DNA of 64,000 bases from Scenedesmus sp. PABB004 (Eukaryota). Under the pieces are notes generated by a model. It saw nothing but the letters and a program-made list of their open reading frames with translations, was not told the DNA's origin and made no database searches. Where the stretch lies: contig JABVCE010000021.1 of NCBI GenBank assembly GCA_014905635.1, forward strand, positions 1 through 64,000, given 5' to 3'. The position numbers were made by a program, and so were the translations under genes. Positions 10,434-27,136 of this stretch are shown here, in pieces (position 1 is the stretch's first letter; every line of letters begins with the position of its first letter).

Positions 10434-13044
10434 ATGGCGTTCACCAGCCGCGAGCCTCGACGGAGCGTGATGTCGCGCGTTGATGGCGCCGCAACGGTGG
10501 GCGCCGTGCGCCTCTGTCTCTGTCTCTGCCTCTCGCCCGCCGACCGTTCAACCGCGCTGCTCCGTGCGCGCACTCAGGTCGGACCGGGCAGCTACGAGCT
10601 TTCGCCTCCTCGCAAGCTGGCGCCCAGTGCCGTGCCGTTCGGGAGCTCCAGGGGCTTGAGCTGCGGCGACGGTCACGCCGCGTGCGCGGCGCCCGCGCCA
10701 GAGCAGCAGCACGCGCCGTCGCCCGCGCCGGCGCCGGCACCGCCGCGCAGCCACGCGGCAGCAGGGGGCCCCAGCAGCAGCAGCAAGAGCAGCAGCAAGA
10801 GCAGCAGCAGCTTTGCCAGTGGCACCCAGCGCTTCGTGACGCGCGGCGGTGGCGCGCCCGGGTGCGGCCGGCCGCCCGCTGGCTTGCAGCTGCCGTCACG
10901 CGCCCCGGCGAGCCGCCCGCTGCCGACGCTCCCCGCAGGCCGGGGGCCTACCAGACAGAGCTGCGGCGCTGCCCTGCCAGCTCTGGTGCAGCGCCGCAGC
11001 GCGTGGCGGCCAGCCGCCAGCTCGCCGCGCTGCTCGGCCCCGGCGCCGCGGCCGCCTCGGCTGTGCTGGGCTCGTCTGCTACGGCGGCTGCAGCTGCTGG
11101 TGGCGCGGCTGAAGTGGCCCTGATCACACCACCGAGCATACCGGCCCGCGGGCAGTGCTTTGGGTACGAGAGCGGCCCGGGCGGCGTGCTGGTCATGCAG
11201 CCGCCAGCGGCCAGCACGGCTGCGCAGCCGGGCGCAGCGAGCAGCAGCAGCTGCCGCGCGGCCTCCCAGGGAGGCACGCGGTGGGCCGCCAGCAGGACTG
11301 ACCGCTTTGCGTCGGCGCGGCCGCGGCAGCAGAGGGCGCCAGCAGTGCCAGGCGCGGGCGGCAGCGGCGGCGGCAGCGCCTGCCCCCTGCCGACGCGGTG
11401 AGGACGGCAGGGCCGGGCGCTGCTCAGCCCGCTGCACGCACGCCGCCGCACCGTGTCACGCGGCCCCATCCCCCTCCGCCGCAGGTTCCTGCGGTCGCCG
11501 GACGGCCGCCTGCTGCCTTGCCGCACGACGCCGTCGACGGCGCGCCGAGGCGGCAGCACAGGCTGCGCGGCCTTCCTCTCCAAGGTTCCGCGCCCGCATC
11601 AGGTGGACGGCGAGCCCGGCGCCCCAGGCCCCGGCGCGTACATCCTGGAGCGGCCGAGGTCTGCGCCGCAGGCGACGGCGGCGGTCGCGGGGTTCAGGCC
11701 GGCACACAGCAGCTGCCCGTCGCGCGAGCTGTTCAGCCGCTGCGCCGGGCGGGACGCCGTCCCCATCCCTGGCATCACGCGGCCGGCCTGCGCTGCACCC
11801 GGGGTGAGTGAGAGCCCCCGGGCTCAGCGTGCCTGCGGGCCCGCGGCCGCTGCCACCAGCCCAGCTCCAAGCGCCGCGCCAACGCCGCGCCGCTGCCGCC
11901 GCGCTGGCGCGGCACCGCCCCCGCGCAGCCCGGCGCGTACGACCTGTCAGCCTCCGGCGCGCTGTCGCGGTCGCTGAGGCGCAGCAGGGCGGCGCCGCTG
12001 TCGGCGGCTGCCTGGGCCACGGCGGGCCGCGCCTGCCAGGACCAGGCGGCCTGGGCCGCGATGCCAGCGGCGGGGTTTGGCAGCACGAGCAGCCGATTTG
12101 TCGACGGCGCCGACGCCTCCCAGGGACCGGGCAGCTTCGTGGACGCCACCAGCCTCGCTGCGGACGTGTCGCGCAAAGTCGCGGCCGCCAGCCGCCGCGG
12201 CGCGTTTGGCTCGGCGGCCGACCGGTTTGGCGCGGCCGTGTCGGCCGGCTGCCCGGGCGCTTGGGGCGCAGCAGGCGAGCCGGGCCCCGGGCCTGGCGCG
12301 TTCGAGCCCCCCGCCGGCGTGGCGCAGCCCGGCGGCGCCGCGCGGCCCTCACCCGTGAGCTGCGCGCCGTTGTCGCCAGCAGCCGGCGGCCGCCCTGACA
12401 GGGCCCTGCGCGCAGCGGCCACGCTGACGCCACCACCACTGCCCCCCGCCGTCAGGTCTTTGCGTCGTCGACGCAGCGCTTTGCACCGCCGCCGGCCGCG
12501 CCGGTCGCGTGCCCCGAGCTGGCGCCCAGCTGCTCCCCCGACGACGGGGGCATCTGCATGCGCGGCGACGTCACACGGCTCGGCCCTGGCTCGCACACAC
12601 GCCTGGTGGACTGGGGCGCCTGCCAGCAGTGGCACCGCCACGCGCGCCGCGCGACGCCCTTTGGCAGCGACGCCCACCGCAGCAGCGGCGCAGCGAGCGG
12701 CGCACCTGGGCCAGGTGTGCGCGCACCGGGGCGGGCCGCCTCTGCGCCGCGTCCGCCAGCAGCGTGTCGCGCCGCGCGGGCGGGCACAAGCACGCCCAAG
12801 GGGCGTGCCGCGGCCAGCGCGCGCGCGCAGTTGACCACCCGCCGCCGCCGCCGCCCGCGCAGGCGCCTACCACGTGAGCCGCGCCAACAGGCCGCGCAGC
12901 TCCCCTGGACGCGCCGGGTCGTCGTTCGCGAGCGGCGCGCGGCGCTTCTTGCCCGACGGCTCCGCCGCGACCCCCGGCCCGGGCACCTACAGCGTCGCGG
13001 GCGAGCTGGCGCGCCCGAGCTTCAACGTGACCCTGGACGGCTGA
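10434..13044 (+). CDS. STPG2: SHIPPO-repeat (PGPGxY) protein, STPG2/ODF3-like, probably axonemal
   Basis: Spliced exons with repeated VGPGSYE, PGPGAY, PGPGAF, PGAY and PGPGTY, plus PPSIPARGQCFGYE. Ends RPSFNVTLDG* at 13042-13044. Confidence 0.75.
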
Positions 13045-13422
13045 AGAGGCTCTGGGCGCAGGCGAGCCCACACACTCGGCGGGCGGTCGGGCTCGGGGTC
13101 GAGGCGTCACCGAGCCGCCGTGTTGCGGCGCCAAACCGCGGGGAGCGCCGGAAGCCGCGGCGGGCACCGGGGTGCAGAGGAGCGCCGAGGCACAACACTG
13201 TGGCCTGCCGCCGGCGCGCGCTGTCCGCCCTGGCCCGCTGCCGCCGCCGCCGCTGCTGCTGATTGCTGTGCACCAGCCAGCGAATTTGGCTGAGCCCGCC
13301 CAGGCCAGCGCCGTAGGCCGATCGACCCGCTTGCCCGTTCTCTCGGTCCGAGACCCGCCGGCCGGGCCCGCCGGCGAAGGGGGCGGCCGGGGAGGCCATC
13401 TCCTGCGGCAGCAGCAGGCCCG

Positions 13423-15350
13423 ATGGACGCCTCCGGCAAGCGCGGCGCGGAGGAGGGCGGCGGGGCCGACGCCCCCGACGCCAAGAAGCCCCGGACCGAG
13501 CCCGGCGCGGCGGGCAAGCCGGCTATGAACCTGGAGGCGCTGGCAAAGGCCAAGGCGCTGCTCGAGAAGCAGAAGGCGCTGCGGGAGAAGCTCAAGAAGC
13601 TGCCGCAGGCGCGCGCCCCGCCACCACAGGGGGCAGGCGGCGGCAGGGGGGCGGGGCTGCGAGCCGCCAGGTGAAGGGCGCGCGCGCCGCGCGGCGGCCG
13701 CCCACGCGTGCGCACGCTGCGCGCAGGTCGCCGGCAGCGCTGGCGGCGCGGCGGCGCTGGCGGCGACGGCCAACCCGCTCGCGCCCGGGGGCGCGCCCGG
13801 CATCGACGCGGCGGCGCTGGCGGCGCGGGCGGCCAAGGCGGCGGAGATCGCGGCCAAGTGCGGCTCAGCCGGCGCGGGGCGCGCGCTGCGGCGCCGCAGC
13901 GGCGGCGGCGGCCGACCCGGGCGGCGGCGGCAGCGCCGGGCCGACCCGCGCGCACGCGCCGCCGCCGCCCGCAGGCTGGGCGTGCAGGCGTCGCTTGCGG
14001 GCATGGCCGCCGCGGGCGCGCCGCGGCCGCTGATCGCCCCCGCCGGCGTGGGCGTGGGCGTGCGGCCGCCGGCCGCCGGCGCCGTGCCGGGCCTGGCCGG
14101 CCCGCGCCCGCTGCGGCTGGACGCGGAGGGGCGCGAGCTGGACGAGGAGGGGCGGGTCATTGACACGCGCGCGCGCGCGCCCGTGACGACCAGCCTGGTG
14201 CGCCGCGCCCGCGGCGGCACCCGCGCCGCCAGCCCCGCGCTGCCAGCCCCGCGCCCGCCCCAGCGCCCACCCCCGCGCCCGCCCGCGCGCCGCGCGCAGA
14301 TCAACCAGCGGCGTGAGGAGGCGGCCGCCGCGCCGCGGCCGCGCGCGCCGCCTGCTGGGCCGCGTGACGAGGACTTTGTGGACCCCACAATGGCCGCGCG
14401 CCCGCCCGACAAGGCCACCGGCGCCGCCGCGGCGCACCGGCGGCGGCGCGGCGCGCTCGAGTTTGTTGAGGAGGGCACCTTTGCGCGGCAGGCTGAGATC
14501 ATGCGGCTCAAGGCCAAGTACGGTGAGGCGCCCACCACAGCCCGCCGCGCCCGCACCCTAGGGGGGGGTGCCTGAACGGGAGGCACGCAGCGGCGGCCGC
14601 GCGGCGCGTCGCGGGCGCGTGGCGGCTCACAGCGCCCCCCCCCCCTCCGTCTCCCCTCCCCTCCCGGGGGCCCGCAGGCGAGGCTGACTTCAAGAAGCAC
14701 ATGCCCGCCCACCTGCGCCGCCCGCCGCGCGGCCCGGCGGGCCCCGCGGAGCGCGGCGGCGACGCCAGCCTCGCCGCGCCGCCGAGCGAGCTGGCGCAGG
14801 GCGCCAACGCCACGCCGCTGGGCGTGCGCGAGGTGGAGGTGTCGGAGGAGGACCAGCTGCGCGCGCGCCTGCCGGAGGCCGCCGAGGCGCCGCCCGAGGT
14901 GGAGTGGTGGGACCGGCCGCTGCTGGAGGGCGGGGCGTACTTCAGGCCCCCGGGGGGCGCCCCCGACGCTGGCGCGGCTGGGGGGGCGGCGCGTCGACGT
15001 CCGACAACGTCATCGCCGCCGCGCCCGACGGCAGCGGCGCGGTGATGCGGCTGCGCCTGGGCAAGGTCACGCACTACGTGGAGCACCCCGTGCCGCTGGA
15101 GCCGCCGGCAGCGGGCCCGCCGCCGCCGCCGCAGCCGCTGAAGCTCACCAAGAAGTGAGTGAAGGGCCGGAGACCGGGAGGGGGAGGGGTGCCGCAGTGC
15201 TCGCCGCACCCTGACTGTGCTCCCCCCTTGCCCCCCCTTAGGGAGCTGAAGAAGATGCGCACGCAGCGCCGCCAGGCGCGTGAGAAGGAGAAGCAGGAGC
15301 TCATGCGGTGCGCGCCGCGCGCCGCCCGCGCGCCGCCTGCGCGCCGCTGC

Positions 15351-15406
<56 letters not shown>

Positions 15407-16301
15407 TCCGCCCCACCCCTCGCGCCCTGCGCGCTCTGCCCCCGCGCGCGCAGTCAGGGCCTGCTTGAGCCGCCCAAGCCCAAGGTCAAGATCAGCAACC
15501 TCATGCGCGTGCTGGGCGAGGAGGCGACGCTCGACCCGACAGCCATTGAGCAGGAGGTGCGCCGCCAGATGGGCGAGCGCCAGGCGGCGCACGACGACCG
15601 CAACCTCGCGCGCATGCTCACGCCGGCGGAGCGGCGCGATAAGAAGCTGCGCAAGCTCTTTGACGCGGGCCCCCCCGGCGAGAGCAGCCTGGCGGCGGTG
15701 TACCGCGTGGAGGACCTCACCTCGGGGCAGCACCGCTTCAAGGTCGAGGTCAACGCGGTGGAGAACCACATGTCAGGTGCGCGACCCACACACCCACGCA
15801 CACACACACACACTCAGCACGCGCACCCACCCCGCGCCCGCCAGCGCGCGGCGTGGCGCAGCGCCGCCCTGCGCGCCCGCCGCGCGCCCACGCGCGCCCG
15901 CCGGCGTGCCGCCCCCGCCGCCGCATGCGCGCAGGCGCGCTGGTGGTGGTGCCGGGCGCGTTTGGGCTGGTCGTGGTCGAGGGCGTGCCCAAGGCGCTGA
16001 AGCGCTACAACCGCCTCATGCTGCGCCGCATCGACTGGGCCGCGCCGCCGCCGCCGCCGCCGGGGAGGAGCCGGCCGAGGAGGAGGAGCACCGCGCCGGC
16101 GGCGAGGGCGGGCGCGCCAACAGCTGCCACCTCGTGTGGACCGGCGTCGTCGCGGCGCCGGCGTTCCGCAGCTTCACGCGCCACGAGCCCGCCACGCCCG
16201 CCGAAGCGCGGCAGCTGCTGGAGCAGCACGGCGTCGCGCACTACTGGGACGCGGCGCAGAGCTTCGACTTTGACGCGCCGCCGCTCGAGGAGCTCGTGTG
16301 A
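13423..16301 (+). CDS. PRP3: U4/U6 snRNP protein Prp3
   Basis: PLRLDAEGRELDE, PEVEWWD, VTHYVEHPVPLEPP, LTKKELKKMRTQRR, GLLEPPKPKVKISNLMRVLG, HDDRNLARMLTP, HRFKVEVNA, VVVEG..KALKRYNRLMLRRIDW, CHLVWTG, HYWD. Apparent single-base indels at G runs near 14985 and 16062. Confidence 0.95.
15357..15405. repeat. Poly-C tract (49 nt) in a PRP3 intron
   Basis: Uninterrupted C run inside the intron between ...QELMR and QGLLEP... Confidence 0.9.
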
Positions 16302-16582
16302 CGGGCGCGCGCGGCGGCGCGGCGGCTGAACGCGCACGAGGATCGCGCTGCGTGACCGGACGCGCCTCGCGGGCGCGAGCTGCGTGGTTGTGGGGTCGAG
16401 CGCTCGAGGGCAGCGAGGGGAAACCCGGCCCGCCCGCACCCCACGCGACCCCTGCAGCTCCTGCCCTGCGCCGAGAGAATCCCCCGCAAGCCCCCCGACC
16501 GCTCTCGAGCTCGCCAGCAGCGTGCGGGCTCGCTGCTGCCAGACCAGCTGCTGCTGCTGCCAGGCCAGCTGCTGCTGCCAGC

Positions 16583-17239
16583 ATGGCCGAGGCGCAGGGC
16601 GTGGCGCTGGGCAAGGGCGCCTGGGACTGCGACACCAACAGCGCCATCCCGCCCGAGAAGGAGGCCGAGGTGTTCGAGGAGGTCGCCAGCATGGCGCACC
16701 AGTTTGAGGGCATACCCACCGTCCCGCCGCGCACCAACACGACGCACATGGCGGCGTTCGCCGAGGGCTGCCGCTACCGCGTGGCCGCCACGCCGGACAT
16801 GACCGCCGCGCAGGTGAAGCAGGCGCTGTGGGCGGGCGGCATCGCGCGTGCCAACCGGGAGGGCTCCAACACGCCCGGCCTGCGCGACTGGACCGACCTG
16901 GTGCGCCCGGCACGCCCCGCTGCGCTTGCCGCGCCGCGCGCGCTGGCTGCTGAGCCGCCGCGCGTGCCGCGCGTGCCGCGCGTGCTGCGCAGGCGCTGCT
17001 GTACGCGATGCAGGTCATGGACGACGACCGTCCGCTCAGCGACTTCCACGTGCCGCCCGGCTGCAAGGCGCGCAGCCGCACGCCGCACGAGCAGCAGCCG
17101 CGCTGCCGGCCAGCGCCGCACCAACGCCGGCCCCCGCACGCGCCCGCCTGCACCGCCGACGCGCTGCCAGGTGCTGGTGGCCATCGAGGCGGCCAAGCTC
17201 GGCGCGAAGCCGCCACCCGACTCGGCGTACTGGAACTGA
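16583..17239 (+). CDS. Small protein with a ubiquitin-like (beta-grasp) domain, 3 exons
   Basis: Exons 16583-16900, 16993-17067 and 17171-17239 (intron 2 has a GC donor). YRVAATPDMTAAQVKQALW...ALLYAMQVMDDDRPLSDFHVPPGCKVLVAI fits the Ubl pattern. No C-terminal GG. Confidence 0.7.
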   Translation: MAEAQGVALGKGAWDCDTNSAIPPEKEAEVFEEVASMAHQFEGIPTVPPRTNTTHMAAFAEGCRYRVAATPDMTAAQVKQALWAGGIARANREGSNTPGLRDWTDLVRPARPAALAAPRALAAEPPRVPRVPRVLRRRCCTRCRSWTTTVRSATSTCRPAARRAAARRTSSSRAAGQRRTNAGPRTRPPAPPTRCQVLVAIEAAKLGAKPPPDSAYWN

Positions 17240-17401
17240 CGCCGGCCGCGCTGCGGCGCGCCGCGCGGTGTGGCGGACGCGGCGTGGACGGCTGAGTGCA
17301 ATCGGCGTTGCCTCAGCGACGCGCGCGCCCCGCTCGTCCGCTCGCTCGCTCGCTCGCTCGCGCGCCCTGACCAGCGCACCCCGCGCTCGCCCCTCGCGCC
17401 G

Positions 17402-18799
17402 CTAAATGTGCAACGTGGCCAGCTGCAGCGGCAGCGCGCCGGCCGCCGCGCCCTTGGGCGCCTCGCCACCAGCCGGCGCCGCCCTGCCGCGCGTGCCGCA
17501 GCAGGTCTTGTGCTTGCGCCCGCTGCCGCAGGGGCAGGGCTGGTTGCGGCGCGGGCGGTCGTCGGCCGTGGCGGCCGCCGCCCCGCCGCGCTGCTTGAGC
17601 TTGCTGCTGCCCTTCAGCCGGACGCCCTTGGGGTGCGCGCCGCCGCCGCCCGACGGCGCCGCTGCGCCGCCCGCGCCGCCTGCGTCTGCAGTTTGCACTT
17701 CCCCTGCTTCTGCAGCAGCGTGCGCTTCGTCCCCCGAAGCCTGCTGCTCTGCCTGCTGCTCTGCCTGCTGCTCGTCCTGCGGCTGCGCCTGCTGCTCCGC
17801 CCTCTCCCCCTCCCCCTCCCCCGCCGCGCCGCCCCCCGCCGCGCCGCCTGCGCCCTGCTCGCCCCCGCCTTGCTCCGCTGCCAGGAGCTCAATCACGGCC
17901 TCGATCGCCGCGCCGCAGTCACCCTGCGCAGCCGCCAGCTGCGCCCGCACGAGCGCCAGGTTGTCGCACCCAGTGCCCGCCACCACCGCCGCCTCGTCCG
18001 CCGCTGACCAGCACGACCGCAGCTGCAGCGCGCGCAGGCGCCGCGAGCAGGGCGGGCGGTGTCAGCCGAGCAGCGCGCTCTGCGCGCGGGCGCCGCGGCG
18101 GCAGGCAGCTGCCGCTCCGCAGCGCGCGCGGTGGCACGCGAGCCCCGCCCCGCCCCACACCTCGTCGCCGTTTGCCACGGGCGCGAGCTCGACGGGCAGC
18201 GGCGGCCCCGGGCCGTAGTCGTCGGCGCGGCGCACGCTGTTGTAGTGCTGCTGGTCGTGGTAGGACACGTGCAGCTTCTGAGCGCCCGGCGGGTGGTTTG
18301 CGAGCAGCCAGACCGGCTGTCCCGCCTGGTAGACTGCGATGTTGACCTGCAGCAGCAGGCTGGTGGCGTGGAGCTCCAGGTGGCCCGCCCACACGCCGTC
18401 GCGGGCCATGCGCGCCAGGTGTGCCTCCAGCCCCGCGTCGTCCCCGACAAACGGCTCAAACTCCGACGCCCGCGCCCGCATCAGCTCCACGCAGCGCGCC
18501 CGCAGCGCGGCGTGCTGGCCCTCGTCGCCGCTCAGCTGGTCGGAGATCGCCCGGAAGAAGCAGTTGCCGTCGGCGGTGATGTCCTTCACGCGCAGGCCGA
18601 GCAGCGCGAGCTCCCGCTCCAGCGGCTCAGCGAGGTCGAGCTCAGCCCGCGGCCGCCGCGCCCGGCCGCTCGCGCCGCGCTTGGCGGCAGCGGCGGCTGC
18701 GCCGCGCTTGGGAGCAGCGCCGCCTGCGCCGCCAGCTGCTGCTGCGGCGGCCTTGCCGGCCTTCGCCTGCTTTCCGGCCTTCTCCTTCTGCCTGCCCAT
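17402..18799 (-). CDS. OTU-domain deubiquitinase (OTUD3/plant OTU7-like) with C-terminal SEC-C motif
   Basis: Catalytic ADGNCFFRAISDQL, WAGHLEL, LHVSYHDQQHYNSVR; UBA/CUE-like segment; PRRNQPCPCGSGRKHKTCCG. One intron near 18025-18160. Confidence 0.92.
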
Positions 18800-19396
18800 G
18801 GCGACACCGGCAGCCCATCAGCCGCGCACCACGAGCGGAGCGGCGGGCTGCGCGCCGCGCCGCGAGCGCGCCGGAGCAGCAGGCTGCGCGCCGCGCGGCG
18901 GCCGGCGGCGGTTAAAGCGCGGGCGACGATGACAGACGCGATGCCGTGCGCCCCTCTGGCAGCAACGCGCGGCAGGGCGAGTGGTCCTCGCGCCGGCAGC
19001 GGGCGACGTTGGGAGTGGTGCTGCACCGCGGCGCCGCCCCGCGCATAACACGGCACGCGCATCATCCCGTTACATCGTCTCCGATCGAGCCACAGCGCCC
19101 AGTGCACGGCAAAGTCACACGCTCGCCCGCGTCGCCGCCGCCGCCAGGAGCAGCGCGCGGCCGAGCAACCGCTGCGCTCCGCGCCGCCCGCCCGCCGGCG
19201 CGCCTTCCCGGGCGTTGTCACGGCCGCGCCGGCACGGCTGCTTCGCTTCGGGCAGCTCAGCCTGAAGGCAGCGGCGGCACGCCGGCAGCGGCGGCAGCAG
19301 CGCAACCGCCGCGTGTTCGGGCGCCGCCGCCCCACGCGCGGCCGCGGCTGATGCGCGGCGCGGCGCCGGCGTGCCGCCTGCAGCCCAGGCAGCAGC

Positions 19397-21836
19397 ATGG
19401 AGCAGGGCGAGGAGCTGCGCCGCCTCAAGGAGGCGTTTGTCAGCGGCCACGCCGGCACGACCAAGTGGGAGGTCTTTTGCGTGGTCGGCTGCCTGCCGCT
19501 GCTGCTGCTCGTCGGTGAGCGCCTGCGGCGGCGGCGGCGCGGCGCGGCGCGGCGGCCGGCGCGGCCAGCACGCGCAGCCGCTGCCCGCCCGCCCAGCCGC
19601 CCGGCGTGCCCCCCCCCCCCCCCCCGCTCGCAGCCGCCTACGCTGAGGCGTGGCTCGCGGCGCGCGCGCGCTCCAGCCGCTGGCGCGCCGCGCGCGCGCT
19701 GGCGGCGCTGCCGCAGCTGGCGCACGAGTACGCGCTGGTGGTGGCGCCGTGCGTGCTGCTGCTGCTGAGCGTCGCGCCCGCGGAGCCGGCCTTCCTGCTG
19801 CTCTTCCTGCTCTGGGGCAGCCTCGCGCTCAAGGCCTGGATGCGCCTCGCGCACAGCCCCGCCTCGCGCAGCCACATGCTGCACATGCTCGCGCACCTCA
19901 GCGCGCCCCGCAAGCGGTGGGGCGCGGCGCCGCGGGCTGAGGCACGGCGCGCGCGCCGGCGGCGGCGGCGCGCGCTGCCCCGCCAGTCGTGACGCGTGCG
20001 CGTGGCTGCCGCCCGCAGGTATGTGTCTGTCTTCCGCGGCGGCGTGAGCCTGCTGACCTGCGCGGCCATCCTGGGCGTCGACTTTGCCGCCTTCCCGCGG
20101 CGCTACGCAAAGGCGGAGGCCTACGGCGCGGGGCTCATGGACGTGGGCGTCGGCGCGATCGTCTGGGCGGGCGGCCTCGTCAGCGCGGCTGCGGCGGCGC
20201 CACCCGCCGAGCCGGGCGGCGCGCCGCCGGCGCGGCGCGCTGGGCGCGGCGCGTGGCGCGCGGCGTGCGTGCGGCGGCGCCGCTGGTGGCGCTCGGCGGC
20301 GCGCGGCTGGTCGTAGTGGGCGCGCTGGGCTACCAGGCGCCGCTGGGGGAGTACGGGCTGCACTGGAACTTTTTCTTCACCATCGCGGCGGTCAGCCTGG
20401 CCAGCCTGGCGGCGCCGCTGCCGCCGCGCTGGCTGGGGCCCGCGGGTCTCGCCGTCGCCGCGCTGCACCAGGCCGCGCTGAGCCTGGACCTTGGGCTCAC
20501 GCCCGCGGGGCGCCTCGCGGCCTGGGTCGCGGCGCCGCTGCCCGCCGAGGCGCGGCGGCGGCTCGGGTGGGGTGCGTCGAACAAGGAGGGCCTCGCCTCG
20601 CTGCCGGGTTACTGGGCGCTGCACCTGCTCGGCGGCGCGGCGGGGCACCACCTGGCCGCCAGCTGGACGGCCGCCAGCGCGGCCGCGCGCGCCTGCCTCG
20701 GGGCGGGCTTCAAGCCCGGCGGCGCCGCCGGCACGGGCGGCAGCGGACGCGCCGCCGCCGCGGTGGCCGAGTGCGCGCGCGTGGTGTGGTCGTGGGTGGG
20801 CTGCCTGCTGCTCGCGGACGGCGCGGTGTGGGGCGCGCTGCTGGCGGCGGAGGCATGGGCGGAGCCCATCTCCCGCAGGCGCGCGCCGCGGGCGCCGCAC
20901 GCCGCACGCCGCATGCCTGCGCGGCTCCTCGCGCGCTGACGCCGCCGGGGCCGCCGCGGCCGCCGCCGCCGCGTGCGCCGCTGCGGTCGCCGCAGGTCGT
21001 GCAACCTCGCGTACGTGCTGTGGGTGTGCGCGCAGTGCCTCGCCTGGCTGCTGCTCTGCCTCATCGCCGACCTGCTCACCTGCGGCCTGGGCGCGCCCGC
21101 GAGCAGCATGCCCAGCCCGCTCCTCTCCAGCCGGCTCGCGCGCATCAGCGACGGGGCGGGCCCGGCAGGGCCACCGCAGGCGCCCGGCGGCGGCGGCGTC
21201 GCGGCGCTCACGGGCGCTGCGCCCGGCACCGCCGGCGGTGCGCGGGCAGCGGCCCGGCGCGCGGCGGCACAGCGCCTCGTCGCCGACCGCCGCGCTGGCG
21301 GCCGCCGCGGCCGTCAGCGCAGTTGCGGGCGGCTCGCCCGTCAGCAGCGCGCAGGGCAGTCCGGTGCGCGCGGCGCCGGCCGCCAGCAGCTGCGGCGGCC
21401 AGCCCGCAGCGCAGGGCTCGCCCAGCAGCGGCAGCGGCGCGCCGGCGGGCGGCGGCTCGCCGGAGCGGCACCGGCGCAGCGCGGCGCCGCCCGGCGCGCC
21501 GGCGCCCGGCGGCGGCGGGAGCGGGGCGGTCGGGGCGGCAGCGGCGGCGCGATGCGGCTGGCGGTTGCGTTCAACCGCAACATGCTGCCCCTCTTCCTGC
21601 TCGCCAACCTGCTCACTGGCGCCGTCAACCTGAGCCTCAACACGCTCGCCGTGGGCCGCTGGCCCGCGCGCGCCATCGTCGGTGCGCGCCGCGCGCGGGC
21701 CGCCACGCAGCGCGCGCGCGCGACGCCGCGCGCCGCGCCCACGCGTGCGCCGCGCCCTGCAGGGCTGTACATGCTCGTGCTGTGCTGCGCGGCGGTGGCG
21801 CTGGACAACGCGGGCGTCACGCTCAAGCCCTGGTAG
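19397..21836 (+). CDS. PIGW: GPI inositol acyltransferase PIG-W/GWT1
   Basis: KEAFVSGHAGT, AILGVDFAAFPRRYAKAEAYGAGLMDVGVG, YQAPLGEYGLHWNFFFT, NKEGLASLPGY, ISRRSCNLAYVLW, NRNMLPLFLLANLLTGAVNL. Apparent indel near 20250. Confidence 0.95.
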
Positions 21837-21891
21837 CGGCGCCGGCGCTCGGCTGACGGGGGCGCCGGGGCGCCGGACGGCCAGAGCCCCG

Positions 21892-21896
21892 TGTAA
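21892..21896 (+). promoter_or_regulatory. TGTAA polyadenylation signal (chlorophyte type)
   Basis: TGTAA about 55 nt after the PIG-W stop, in otherwise GC-rich sequence. Confidence 0.6.
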
Positions 21897-22092
21897 CGCC
21901 CCGCCGCCTCTCCCTCCCTCGCCCGGGGTCGAGCGCCCCATCGTTCGCGCCCGCGCGCCTTCTCACGAGCGCGCCGCGCAGCCCGCACGCCCCGCCGGCA
22001 GCCGCCGCGAGCAGCGGCCCGTGCCGCCTCCCCCGTGCTTCGCGGTGCGCCGCCGCCCCGTGACTGGACGTGAGCGCTTGGTCGAGACCGCT

Positions 22093-26686
<4,594 letters not shown>

Positions 26687-27136
26687 GCGCGATGAGCGGT
26701 CCGGCCTGCAACCGCGCGCGCCACCACCACCCGCCGCCGCCAGCCGCCCGCGGGGGCGCTCGCCTCAAAACGCGCGCTGTCGCATTCGTTCAAGCGCTGC
26801 CGCTGCCCCAAGCCCCGCCGCACCCACCCGCCGCGGCCTGGCGCGTCCCGTCACGTCCAAGTTGCGGGCCTCGCAGCCGCGGGCGCACGCGGGGCCACGC
26901 GGCGGCGCGCACGCCACGCGAACGCCGCCGCACCAGCGCGGCCCGCGCATGCTCACGGCCCCTTCGCATCGCGCTGCAGGCCGCTCCCGGTATCCACGGG
27001 TGCGCCCCGCAGCAGCGCCACCGCGCGGGCCCCACCGGGCCGGCCTCACACGCCGGCGCCGCCGCGGGCCGCTGCTGCTGCTGCCGCCGCCCGCGCGCGG
27101 CCGCCGCCGCGCGCCAGGCCCCCGCAGAGCCCCTCC

